Positions 48,101 to 57,840 of a stretch of 64,000 nucleotides of DNA are shown here, piece by piece. This stretch comes from Eutreptiella sp. 'Long Island Sound 2002'. Lineage: Eukaryota > Protista > Euglenida. The translations under genes were made by a program, and so were the position numbers. The number at the start of each line of letters is the position of its first letter. The first letter of the stretch is position 1. The stretch spans positions 184,760,001 through 184,824,000 of the forward strand of contig OZ038378.1 in assembly GCA_964036045.1 (NCBI GenBank). Reading direction: 5' to 3'. Under the pieces are notes generated by a model, which saw only the letters and a program-made list of their open reading frames with translations, was not told where the DNA came from and ran no database searches.

Positions 48101-50137
48101 GAAAGCAACCGCGGGCACTGCACACCGCCGACCCCGTGCAGTGGGAGGAGCATGACACTCTGCCATTCCCTGTTCCCACAACAGCGTCCGAAGCCCCACT
48201 TCCCTGCCGGCGACGACTCCGCAGCACGGGGCACGGCGCCTCTCGTGGCTTTGAATTCACCGCCAAGCGGCGGCTCGCACATGTCAAGGGTCCGTGGCCC
48301 AAAGGCAACATGCCACACGGGGAAGTGTTCGCGACCTTTCCAAACGGCGAAAAGGTCCCCACGAACGCCTCCCCCCCACGGTAAACACAATTGGCCTGCC
48401 TCAAGGAGGCCACAAAGGACTGGTCAGGCAACAGAAGCACAGCTGTGCACTGCATTGCGAGGCACACCTCCATTTCTTGAGCCACAGCACTTGCGGCAGG
48501 GAAACTCTCGCAAGCAATTGGACGAGGGGGGGCAAAGACGGTGGATTCTGGTCGACCCCGGGGTACGCCAAGAAGCACGGCAGAGCGCCCGTGCCGTCGC
48601 GTACGTAGAGACACCCGCGGGTGGCGTCTGCGAGGTCTTGCAGTTCTGCTGTGGCATGGCAGGGGATCCCAAAGCAAATGCAGGGAAACTGCACTGCCAC
48701 AAGGGGTGGGCCAGTCTGTCACAGGTGACGCACCCGCCGTAGGGGCCGTATCACTTTGTCGGGGGGGACTTGGGGGGGGGGGGGGTTAGGGGGGTTAGAC
48801 TCGGGGGAGCGTCGGTTGGACGGGGGGTCTACAAGCATCAGGTTCAAGCCAGACGGGCAGTGCGGATGGAGCATCCACAAGCCGGACATTGTTTGGCAAA
48901 GCAGTGGGCCAGGAGCTTCGGTCGGGGGGGCTGCTTGTTCCACAACCGGAGGCCCCCGTCACAGGGCAAACGTCGACACTAGCGCGGCGGAGGGGGGCCA
49001 AAGGTCTGAGGTGGAGCAGTGAGGTCTGCTGCAGGTGTACCGTTGGTGTTGGTCGGATTGTTTGCCTCTTTTTGGTTGATTTCAGTCCTTTTGCCTTGGG
49101 AGGGGGAGGGGGGGAGGGGCTCCTTGCTCCCACTTTTCCATTCAAGCACACACCTGCCCTGCCCCGCCCTGTCATGCCCTACCCCGCTCTCCTCGGTCCC
49201 CGCCGGCCTGAATGCCAGCCTGCCTTGCTGCCAGCACAGTGATCGCACGGCCTGAAATGGGCCGCTTGGCCTGACTGTTGGTACAGCCGCCTCCATTCCC
49301 CACAGGCTGAGGAAGTCCAGCACGATGGGGAGGGGCGCATGGGCCGTGGGGTTGCGGCAAGGCGGGGCAGGCAAAGGCAGGGCAGTGCGGGGCGGGGTGG
49401 AGCAGGGCATGGCTGAGCAGGCGGGGGGGGGCCAGGCGGATGGCGACACCAGAACTGGCACCGCTCCTTTCTCATTGATGTTCAGGCACCTTCAAGTGTG
49501 GCACTCAGTAGTCCCATTTGGGGGGGGTGCGGTTCAGTTCCGGACCAGATCCCCCGCGCCGGGAACAGGGACAGAGGGGGTAGGGGGTGGGGCCATTGCT
49601 ATTCCGGTTTTGGGGGCATTTTTGAATGCCCCGTTTCATTCTGCGGATCAGGAATCTCCACAACTCCGGGGGGGTACAATTCCTTTCCTTGCTTTGCACA
49701 TGCAGCTTCGGATACAGTCGGCGAGTACTGTAGGCCAGAAAAGGAATTACTATGCATTGCCCCACTCCCGGTCAACGCTGTATGGCACGATGCCCCGCGC
49801 GCGTTCCCCCATTGGCAAAAATGCTGTTCCCATTGGCGTACGTTGGGGGGTCTGGAGGCGGGGGGTAGGGCTTGGCCCTACACGTGTCCAGCCCCCCGTG
49901 AGGCGCCCCAGTCTCCAACCAAACGATTACCGCAATCGCGCAGCCATCCCCTGCCCCGACATCTGACGTTGTGGAGGTGACACGGGGGTACAAACCACTC
50001 TGACGGAGCTGGAGGTCCGTGCACACTTGCAGCACCAAGGCACAATTCGCAGGAAAGTCCGTGTCGGTGTGCTGACGGAAGTGCTGCAGCTCCGCAAGCG
50101 ATAACAGCCGCGGCGACGGGCACCAGCGAAGCAACAC
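16353..50137 (-). CDS. CTC1: Multi-exon CTC1-like gene (CST complex large subunit, tandem OB folds); start codon and final exon(s) not resolved
   Basis: Exon chain, high to low: [50137-50027], [45818-45609], 44433-44279, 42409-42063, 39826-39734, 37789-37581, 35928-35743, 33892(or 33880)-33670, 31905-31487, 29589-29353, 28177-27946, 24746-24178, 22850-22665, 21259-20943, 17894-17614, 16456-. All junctions are GT-AG and phase-compatible, giving more than 1250 codons without a stop. Motifs recalled from human and plant CTC1 occur in the expected order. Confidence 0.75.
17215..17465. repeat. Degenerate ~10-bp tandem repeat (AGATCAACAC)n, intronic
   Basis: Direct inspection. Confidence 0.85.
17614..17894 (-). 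CDS. CTC1: CTC1-like exon (OB-G)
   Basis: LVCRVLEVLSVVL...RLVCRVDDGTALC resembles ASCHIVSVFSLQL...IRLLVEDGTAEA. Confidence 0.8.
19350..19401. repeat. (TA)n microsatellite
   Basis: Direct inspection. Confidence 0.95.
20943..21259 (-). CDS. CTC1: CTC1-like exon (OB-F)
   Basis: SVVPEGVRCRFRYLLLQISKAQRPWLR resembles [25 protein letters not shown]. Confidence 0.75.
22665..22850 (-). CDS. CTC1: Probable CTC1-like exon
   Basis: ctttgctctcag|VMALTIGHEVVRIV...GTLQQ|gtcggt. 186 nt, phase 0-0 (skippable without a frameshift). Confidence 0.55.
23321..23570. repeat. (GTTAC)n/(ATTAC)n pentamer microsatellite
   Basis: Direct inspection. Confidence 0.9.
24178..24746 (-). CDS. CTC1: CTC1-like exon (OB-E)
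   Basis: VLALVMRKYRV...GFRVEARVW...AFVDFVGPAHVHCLWHIVQP resembles RLFLLCHKEAL...SFYVLGSW...VHLIFFGSSVRWFEFLHPG. Confidence 0.8.
25859..27810 (-). mobile_element. Non-autonomous hAT-derived element retaining the C-terminal dimerization domain, in a CTC1 intron
   Basis: Ends CAGGGGGGGGGGATTGCGGTC and GACCTCAATCCCCC. ORF 27085-27546 (-) reads AEWWQSRAPSPFQEMVFFLITQPTSGGDVEHFFSQ, the hAT dimerization motif. About 1 kb of extra sequence at about 25913-26940 contains a ~140-bp direct repeat. Confidence 0.75.
27946..28177 (-). CDS. CTC1: CTC1-like exon (Ser/Ala/Pro-rich linker)
   Basis: Phase 0 to 1, exactly bridging the flanking exons. gcctcag acceptor and gtctgt donor. Confidence 0.6.
29353..29589 (-). 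CDS. CTC1: CTC1-like exon
   Basis: cttcag|VACLLNRVCCIGDFEL...RRLLMVVEAVHLMP resembles LIGCLVRAERFQL...VYVQFFLADALILP. Confidence 0.75.
31487..31905 (-). CDS. CTC1: CTC1-like exon (OB-D start)
   Basis: LPFIIPLKDLL...VVGLLEVDPQTGHLLLSDATARVPVLL resembles [29 protein letters not shown]. Confidence 0.8.
31918..32060. repeat. (GC)/(GTGC)/(GT)n compound microsatellite abutting the acceptor at 31906
   Basis: Direct inspection. Confidence 0.95.
33670..33892 (-). CDS. CTC1: CTC1-like exon
   Basis: Contains VASFLEHDRC, the F..HD.C motif recalled from plant-type CTC1. Donor g|gtatgt. Confidence 0.75.
34905..35142. repeat. GGTGGTGTAAA/GGTGGTGTGA tandem repeat
   Basis: Direct inspection; mixed 10-11-bp units. 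Confidence 0.9.
35743..35928 (-). CDS. CTC1: CTC1-like exon
   Basis: AFYAYAVECYSMLHNKFSALRHHP resembles [25 protein letters not shown]. 186 nt, phase 0-0. Confidence 0.75.
35990..36195. repeat. (GA)n microsatellite, i.e. a (CT)n tract on the coding strand upstream of the acceptor at 35929
   Basis: Direct inspection. Confidence 0.95.
37581..37789 (-). CDS. CTC1: CTC1-like exon (OB-C)
   Basis: GVATLVIPECNALVLDHRFHVLL...WRLGARLCLYNVHLV...CCVYSDVKVVE matches the G.VT.V..ELD..LLL..R.GA..NVH..C..S.V.V.SF pattern. Confidence 0.8.
39734..39826 (-). CDS. CTC1: CTC1-like exon
   Basis: gtcctgcag|...HPSLPGLVHYA G|gtcgag. Spliced to the next exon it gives GLVHYAGVATLV, resembling RLLSYSGAVTGV. Confidence 0.65.
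42063..42409 (-). CDS. CTC1: CTC1-like exon (may be two exons)
   Basis: Phase 2 to 1, which bridges its neighbours. It begins RACVWRGRAHNKVKTLSF and contains GLLQHMAQIDGILEGCPQLD. Confidence 0.5.
44279..44433 (-). CDS. CTC1: CTC1-like exon (OB-B)
   Basis: cgacag|EPSFLVEV...LHIRFVDCLHMRQLLVVGFSYVFLNLWEVYAIPR|gtaagg. It resembles AYFILSL...VSIIVQ...WHRALRPGTAYVLTEL. Confidence 0.65.
45609..45818 (-). CDS. CTC1: Probable first-OB-fold exon of the CTC1-like gene
   Basis: VHVVGVVLAVQAVCPPPRRNDGAMLLCDDGIQ resembles LLLGTLTDL...CRNGSLYVRDNTG. Phase 0-0, with an alternative acceptor at 45728. Confidence 0.5.
50027..50137 (-). CDS. CTC1: Tentative N-terminal exon of the CTC1-like gene
   Basis: cccgcgcag|VLLRWCPSPRLLSLAELQHFRQHTDTDFPANCALVLQ|gtgtgc, phase 0-0. 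It resembles the CTC1 N-terminal FVSVQDLKTHQRLPCC segment. Confidence 0.4.
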
Positions 50138-52571
50138 CTGCGCGGGAGAGGGGGCGTTGGGCCGCAATCCACATCCATCCGATGGATTTGATGTGTTGTG
50201 GCAAAGAGAATGGGGGCTGCTGAGGCAGGCAGGGGGGTCAGACAGGCATGCGCCTGAAGGGCCTGGGCTGGGACATGGCCTCTATTGGTTGTCCAGGTTC
50301 CCACGGTCGCGGCCCGTCCCTCCAGCGCACACGACCGGTACCGACCGACCTCAATGCCCGGTCTCAAGGCCCTGCCGTATTGATGACAGCCCCCAGACCC
50401 CCCCTGGCGTGAGCCAGCGGGAGATACCGCCGCGTCTGTGTGTCTGTGGGCCTGGGGAGGGCTGGGGCCATGATGTCAGGTTGTGAAAATGACCCGCATG
50501 ATCCTGACCTCATGCCAGACCCACTCAGTTCAACACTTCTCAATTGTACCGCAATCACAAAAAGTTGTGCCTTGCCACTCTCCCAGGCCAAACCAGACCA
50601 GCTGCCTTGAGGTCACCGCCGCTCTGATACGGCTATCAAATGTTTCCCGGGCTCTCTGGGTCACCACGTCCCCTCCCAAGGCTCCGATGAGACCCCCACA
50701 ACACGAAGGTTAGCTCCTGCCACCAAAGCTTGGCGTGGCCCCTCCACCTTTGCACCGGCTCTCTCCCTTAGACAAAAATCGCCCCACAGGCCTTGGAAGT
50801 CTCCCACCCCGGAGTCTCCAAGTCTTTTTTGGGCCACGGAAAAATGGGGAAAATGGGGGAAATGGGGGAAAACGGGGGAAAATGGGGGAAAACGGGGGAA
50901 AATGGGGGAAAACGGGGGGGAAATGAGGGGAAATGGGGGGAAATGGGGGGAAATGCGGGGGTATGGGATGCCAGAGCATGCTTGCTCGCCACGTGAAACG
51001 GCCTCCTGGGGAGGGCTATGGGGCGGGGGGGGGGGGGGATGTTGGCACACCTGGTCGCTCCACGTTTGGCTCTCACTGGGGCTGTGTGCCCTGGCGCCCA
51101 ACGCTGAACCGCTGGGGGACAACGGGTCTACACAGGCCTGTAGCGCCGTGGCACCCTGAGGGTGGACGGCCCAGGGGCCCGTCCTGGGGGCCTGGGGGGG
51201 GAGGGGGGGCATCCCCACCTTCAAGGCGCCATCCTGTTCCGCCCCAACCGCCTCCATCCACCCCTGGACGGCCCACCACGCGGGTTGAAACCGCGAGACC
51301 TTGCTTCCCAACCGCTTTTCCAACCACCAGTGACTGAGGGGTGCAGCATTTCGTTCACCAGCGCGGAGTGGGAGGTGACTTGAGAACCCCACCCACCCAG
51401 ATTTTTGGAGGACCCAGGGACCCAGAAATGTCCCACCCCCACGTGGGGGTGGCATTGGACCTAACCCCACTCACCCACCCACCATGCCACCCACTCAGCC
51501 AAAATCAGAAACAGGCAATTTTTCCTTCCAATGCCTTCGGCACCAACCCACCCACCCCCAAAATGTCCTGTCCCCATGGGAGGGAGGGGCGGGAGGGGGA
51601 AGGGGGGCAACCACCCACCCAGAAATTCTGAAATACCCTCCGGTAGGTTAGCACACACTAAGAAAAACCGGGAGCAGGGAATGCAAAGGCTGGTTTCGCC
51701 TTTAGGGTCACGGAGAATCTTCTGCCATGGAGGGGTGCTTGCCCTGCGCGGGCTGATTGGACTATTTCCAGGGGAGGCAACTCCATCTACCCCGTGCATG
51801 AAAAGAGCGCCGACCAGGTCTCTGGAGGAACAACGTGGCTGCATAACGTGTTCTAATCCCCATTGGCTCTGGTCGTTTCAAATGGTGGTGCAAAAGGCCA
51901 GCACAGGGGGCACTGCCCTAAAGCGTTGACAGTAATAGTTGCGTCCTCCGTGCTTAACCTTCTGCACCGTGCGCACACCGCTTCCAGTGCTCCCCCTGTG
52001 ACCTACTTGCACGACAAAGTGATGCAGCCCCCCATCCCATCCACCTTCGCAGTGGTGCCCAGATGTTGAGGGAAACAACACCGACATGTCTCTTGGACAA
52101 GGGTGTTGTTTGCGCACAACCGTAGGACAAAGACCAGCCAGCCTCGAGGGAAGATATAATGTACTTTGCTGAACCAGGGGTTAAAACATTCTGCACACGC
52201 CATCATAACCCATCAGCCTCTCCTCTGATACACATCGTGACCATCGTGCAACTCAATTCACAGGTGTCGCACAGCACAGAACGGCACATCCCTGGGGGCG
52301 GGGGGGGGGGGGCTGGACGCCAACTACCCCCCCAACTAACCATTGGCCGGAGGCCCCTGGGGGGAGGGGGGTTCTGGGAGGGGGGGGGTGGTTCTGGGAG
52401 AGGCGATGGGGGGGGGTCTAGAAGGGGCTTTTCGGGGGGGGGGGGGTCCAGGAGGGTTGGTTGGGGGGGGGGGGGTCCAGGTGGGGCGATTTGGGGTGGG
52501 GGGGGAGTACATGCCCCCAAGGCCAAGCGTTGGTCAATCACAGGCTCCCCTTACCTCCCCTTGCCCTCCCT

Positions 52572-55500
52572 CTAACCATACCATCACCCTAACCAGGATT
52601 GAATATTGGGGCTGAGCTGGTGGGGAAAGGAACATGGTCTAGGAGACTTCAGCGACACCACAAATGAGGTACGCACTGGAAAGTGGATGAGAGCAGCTCA
52701 AATGGGGCTCAAAATGAGCTGTATTCATCCGTTTGGGCACCACAACTGAACTAGGATCATTTTTGGAAAACCATGGTTTTGACCCATTTTTGAGCCATTT
52801 GTGGTCCCAAATTGGCCCATTTTCAAGGCCCTTTCGGCCTTGAGAGGGACCAAAATTGCTCAACATGGGCTCAAAATGGGCTCATTTCACTTGTTTGTGC
52901 ACCCCAAATAGTCCAAAAGTATCTTTGGAAAAACACATTTTTGATCCATTTTGTGTCCCAAAACGGCCCATTTTCAAGGCATTTTGTGATTTTGAAGGGG
53001 CCAAAATGGCTTGCAATGGGCTCAAAATGGGCTCATTTCACTTGTTTGTGCACCCCAAATGGTCTAGGATCATTTTTGGAAAAACACATTTTGGACCCAC
53101 TTTGTGTCCCAAAACAGCCCATTTTCAAGGCATTTGGGGATTTTCGGAGGGCCAAAACGGGCCACCACGAGCTCAAAACGCGCCAAAAACACTTGTTTTG
53201 GCATTCCATGTGGTCTAGGATCATTTTTGAAAAAATTCTTTTTTTTTTTTGCACCTGCTGGACCTTGTTGACCCATTTTGGCGAGGGGCCAAAATTGCTC
53301 AACATGGGCTCAAAATGGGCCCATTTCACTTGTTTGTGCACCCCAAATAGTCCAAAAGTATCTTTGGAAAAACACATTTTTGACCCATTTTTGAATGATT
53401 TTTTGTCCCGAAACAGCCCATTTTCAAGGCATTTTGTGATTTTGAAGGGGCCAAAATGGCTTGCAATGGGCTCAAAATGGGCTCATTTCACTTGTTTGTG
53501 CACCCCAAATGGTCTAGGATCATTTTTGGAAAAACACATTTTGGACCCATTTTGTGTCCCAAAACAGCCCATTTTCAAGGCATTTGGGGATTTTCGGAGG
53601 GCCAAAACGGGCCACCACGAGCTCAAAACGCGCCAAAAACACTTGTTTTGGCATTCCATGTGGTCTAGGATCATTTTTGAAAAAATTCCTTTTTTTTGCA
53701 CCCGCTGGACCTTGTTGACCCATTTTGGCACCCACCTCTTTGGGCTACCTCTTGCACCTTGCCGCAGCCCACCAAGCCTAGGTATGGGGGTCTAGGCGTC
53801 GGTTAGGGCAATTTTGAGGGGGTGGAAACCACTAAAAGTGGGTGGTTGCGGGTGGATTAGGTGCGCTCAAAATAGCGTTTTGAGCCACGTACCCCAAGAT
53901 ATGGTCTGTTCACCGAGCTGGTGGAACCAGTCTTGGTTTCTTAACCCTCTTTAGTGTCTAGGGTGGACCTAACAGGTTTGGCAACCAAGCAGCAAGCAGC
54001 AAGCAGCAAGCAGCAAGCAGCAAGCAGCAAGCAGCAGTCACACGCGAAATGGGGAAAAATCACAGCTCCGCCGTGGTGCTTCGGATTCGGCCAAAATTTT
54101 GGTGGATGCTACCTATGGGTGTGAGGGACAACCTCACAAAGTATGAGCCATAAACTCAATGGTGGTGGCCGGGAACGGGCGTCGTAAGTGCCGGACCTCC
54201 ATTTCAAAATCTGCAATTTAGGGCCAAAATCAGCCTTTTTTGCCCAAAACCGCCCTAGAACCTGCTGAAATCGGCCAAATGAAAGGAAATAGTGGCTACT
54301 CTACACATGCAGCTAGACTTCCCCGTGCTGAAGGGCCCTCTAGGGCCCTCTACCTCCACAATATGTCCGTGTACCGCCCCCAAAAGGCCCCCTGAAAGCC
54401 CCAAAATTTGTGCACATTGGCTGCCGACAGCCCCAAACCAAAAACAGACCATATCTTGGGGTACATGGCTCAAACGCTATTTTGAGCGCACCTAATCCAC
54501 CCGCAACCCCATTTTTGGTGGTTTCCACCCCCTCAAAATTGCCCTAACCGGCGCCTAGACCCCCATACCTAGGCTTGGTGGGCTGCGGCAAGGTGCAAGA
54601 GGTAGCCCAAAGAGGTGGGGCCGAAAGGGCCTTGAAAATGGGCCAATTTGGGACCACAAATGGCTCAAAATGGGTCAAAACCATGGTTTTCCAAAAATGA
54701 TCCTAGTTCAGTTGTGGTGCCCAAACGGATGAATACAGCTCATTTTGAGCCCCATTTGAGCTGCTCTCATCCACTTTCCACATTTGTGGTGTCGCTGAAG
54801 TCTCCTAGACCATGTTCCTTTCCCCACCAGCTCAGCCCCAATATTCAATCCTGGTTAGGGTTAGAGCTAGGGTTAGGGTTAGGGGCTCGGGCTAGGGTTA
54901 GGGTGACCGAGCTGGTGGAACCAGTCTTGGTTTTATAACCCTTTTTAGTGTCTAGGGTGGACCTACCAGGTTTAGCAGTAGCAGCAGCAAGCAAGCAGCA
55001 AGCAAGTAGCAGCACGCGCGAAATGGGCAAAAATCAGAACTCCGTCGTGGTGCTTCGGATTCGGCTGAAATTTTGGTGGATGATACCTATGGGTGTGAAG
55101 TACAATCACACAAAGTTTGAGCAAGAAACTCAACGGTGGCGGCCGGGAACAGGATTCGCAAGTGGCGGACCTCAGTTTCAAAAACTGCAGTTTAGGGCCA
55201 AAAACAGCCATTTTTGGGCCAAAAAAGCCCTGGAACACATTCAAAACGGCCAAAGGAAGGGAAACGGTGGGTACACTACACGTGCAGCTTGACTTCCCTG
55301 TGTCAACGAGCTCTTTGCGCCCCTCTAGCTCCATGATATGTCCTAGAAACGGCCCAAAAAGGCCCCCAGAAGCTCCAAATGCCGACAGCCACAAACCAAG
55401 AATAGGCCATATCTTTGGCTACATGGCGCAAAATGCGATTCCGAGGGCACCTGCTCCACCCGCAACCCCCCACTTTTTGTGGTTTCCACCCCTCAGAATT

Positions 55501-56115
55501 GCCCAAACGGACGCCTAGACCCCAATACTTAGGCCCACTAGGCTGCGGCAAGCTGCAAGCTCAAGCCCAAACAGGTGGGTGCCCAAATGGGTCAACAGGG
55601 TCCAGTAGGGGCAAAAAGATGACTTTTCTCAAAAATGATCCTAGACCATGTGCGACGCTAAAACAAGTGTTTTTGGACCGTTTTGAGCTTGTGGTGGCCC
55701 ATTTTGGTCCTCCGGAAATCCCAAAATGCCTTGAAAATGGGCTGTTTTGGGACCAAAAATGGGTCAAAAATGGGTCAAAAACGCGTTTTTCCAAACCTCA
55801 TCCTAGACCATTTGGGGTGCACAAACGGGTGAAATGAGCCCATTTTGAGCCCATTTTGGGGCATTTTGGCCCCTCAGAAGTCCAAAAAGCCTTGAAAGTG
55901 GGCCTCGTGGTGATGGGGTTCACTTGCAAGCTGATTTCACTTTGTCAAGAGCCATCAATGTGTGAATCATTCTTGATGTTCCTCACTAGTCATAGCTGAT
56001 GTTCCCTCCCCCACCAGCTCGGTCCCAATATTCAGTCTTGATTAGGTCTCAGGGTAGGGGTAGGGGTAGGGTTAGGACTAGCCTCAGCTTTGGGGTGGGC
56101 GATAGGGTTAGGGTT
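52572..56115. mobile_element. Cluster of three related ~1-1.3 kb units (one inverted, two tandem) with 14-bp TIR-like ends and degenerate TTAGGG tails
   Basis: Heads (G)ACCGAGCTGGTGG at 53912 and 54905. Tails CCACCAGCTC(A/G)G(C/T)CCCAATATTCA..TG.TTAGG at 54824, 56011 and, inverted, 52610, each followed by TTAGGG-like repeats. About 650 bp is shared between 53912-54600 and 54905-55560. Confidence 0.7.
52845..53728. repeat. Tandem duplication of a ~440-bp unit built from ~140-bp subrepeats
   Basis: GGG.CCAAAATTGCTCAACATGGGCTC...GACCCATTTTGGC occurs twice, at about 52845-53282 and 53283-53728. Confidence 0.85.
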
Positions 56116-57163
56116 GTGAAGGATAGTGTTGGAGTGCAAAGTGGAAAAAATTTCCTTTGGGCGTCTTTGGTGCCCACGGGGCGTCGGGCGCCTTCGGACT
56201 CCTGAGGGCGGCACCTTTAGCAACTAACTGTGGGCTGGAGGCCCCTGGGGGGGGGGGGGTAGATGGTGTACGAGGACCCGCGGATCCCCCCCCCCCCCGG
56301 GGCGACATCTTTCATTGATACAACCCCAAAACAATGCAAACGTTGACAGAAACAACAACCCGTATTGTTTGGACATCGGGATCGCTTGCGCGAGGGGGGT
56401 TTGGCATGTTCGACAGGCTATGCTCACACTCATGACACCGCCCCATTCGCCCTATGGAGCACCAATCACTGTTCGTAGGCGAGGCGAAGCTGAGACCACA
56501 GCGAACTGGGCGGGTGTGGTCAAAGGCGCATAGACAATCCAACGCATGCCTCGCACAGACTATCCACATCTCTGGCAACGGGCCCCAACAACGCCGTGGC
56601 GCACAATCGCAACTTGCGGCCTTGCGAAGACATGAACTCGATGGCGCCATCACGCCCCTCAACCAGCAAAAGGGTGCCGTCCAATGAACAACCACATGAC
56701 AATGGGTGCAGTCTGGGGGCTAAAGCATTGCTCTGTGATGGTAGAAACACGACGATGGCATGCTGGCATTCCTGCAAGATCTCCAAGAGCCGCAAAGGAA
56801 TATCGTATCCATCAAGGGCATGCCCGTCTATCCTTGTACTAGACTTCTCTCATTCATGGGTCACCAACGTATGAAGAACTCCACTGGTTCAATTCATGGT
56901 TAAAAAATTAGAAGATCAACTCCGGAACAAGCAATTTGGCATGCGGATCCAATCATACGCACCGCAGTTCGATCGACTTTGCGACATCCCCCACTATCCC
57001 TCCCAAAGGCCAAAGTTGGTACGCCTCAAAATGCGGCTTTCGCATCCATATACTGGCCTTTGTTTCTCCGGCTCTTTGAGAGCCTGGAATTTTGATCCGA
57101 CCTTGGAGTTTTGAGATCATTATGAAAAAACGATTTTTGACCGAGTGTTTGGCTGAAACTGCA

Positions 57164-57840
57164 CGCCTCGTTATACGAGGCGCAAATTGGGCTCGGCGTG
57201 CGCCTCGTTAGCGCCAACCCCCCACCCCGCGCGCCTCGTTAGCGCCAACCCCCCCCCCCGTGCGCCTCGTTAGCGCGCCAAACCCCCCCCCCCCCGCGTG
57301 CCTCGTTAGCGCGCCAATCCCCCCCCCGCGTGCCTCGTTAGCGCCAAACCCCCCCCGCGCGCCTCGTTCGCGACCCTCCCCCCCCCCCCCGCGCCTCGTT
57401 AGCGCCAAACTCCCCCCCGTGTGCCTCGTTAGCGCCAAACTCCCCCCCCCCGTGTGCCTCGTTAGCGCCAAACCCCCCCCCCGTGCGCCTCGTTAGCGCC
57501 AAACTCCCCCCCCCCCCCGTGTGCCTCGTTAGCGCCAACCCCCCCCCCCCCCGCGCCTCGTTAGCGGCAACCCCCCCCCCCCGTGCGCCTCGTTAGCGCG
57601 CCAAACCCCCCCCCCCGCGTGCCTCGTTAGCGCCAAACCCCCCCCGCGCGCCTCGTTCGCAACCCTCCCCCCCCCCCCCCCGCGCCTCGTTAGCGCCAAA
57701 CCCCCCCCCCCCCGTGTGCCTAGCTAGCGCCAAACCCCCCCCCCTGTGCCTCGTTAGCGCCAAACTCCCCCCCCCCCCCCGTGTGCCTCGTTAGCGCCAA
57801 ACCCCCCCCCCCCCCGCGCGCCTCGTTAAACGAGGCGCGC
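57164..57840. repeat. ~30-bp tandem array (GCGCCTCGTTAGCGCCAAAC + poly-C), about 20 copies, bracketed by hairpins
   Basis: Hairpins CGCCTCGT-TAT-ACGAGGCG (57164-57182) and GCGCGCCTCGT-TAA-ACGAGGCGCGC (57816-57840). Confidence 0.9.

Noticed and set aside
47199-48742. Divergent plus-strand gene upstream of CTC1 (ORFs 47545-48384 etc.)
   Set aside because: No recognisable motif. GC-rich low-complexity sequence leaves ORFs open in most frames.
52812-53795. 327-aa ORF with internal repeats
   Set aside because: It is a translation of the ~440/140-bp tandem duplication with no protein motif.
54854-54904. True telomere or chromosome end
   Set aside because: The TTAGGG-like run is short, degenerate and internal, with unique sequence on both sides.
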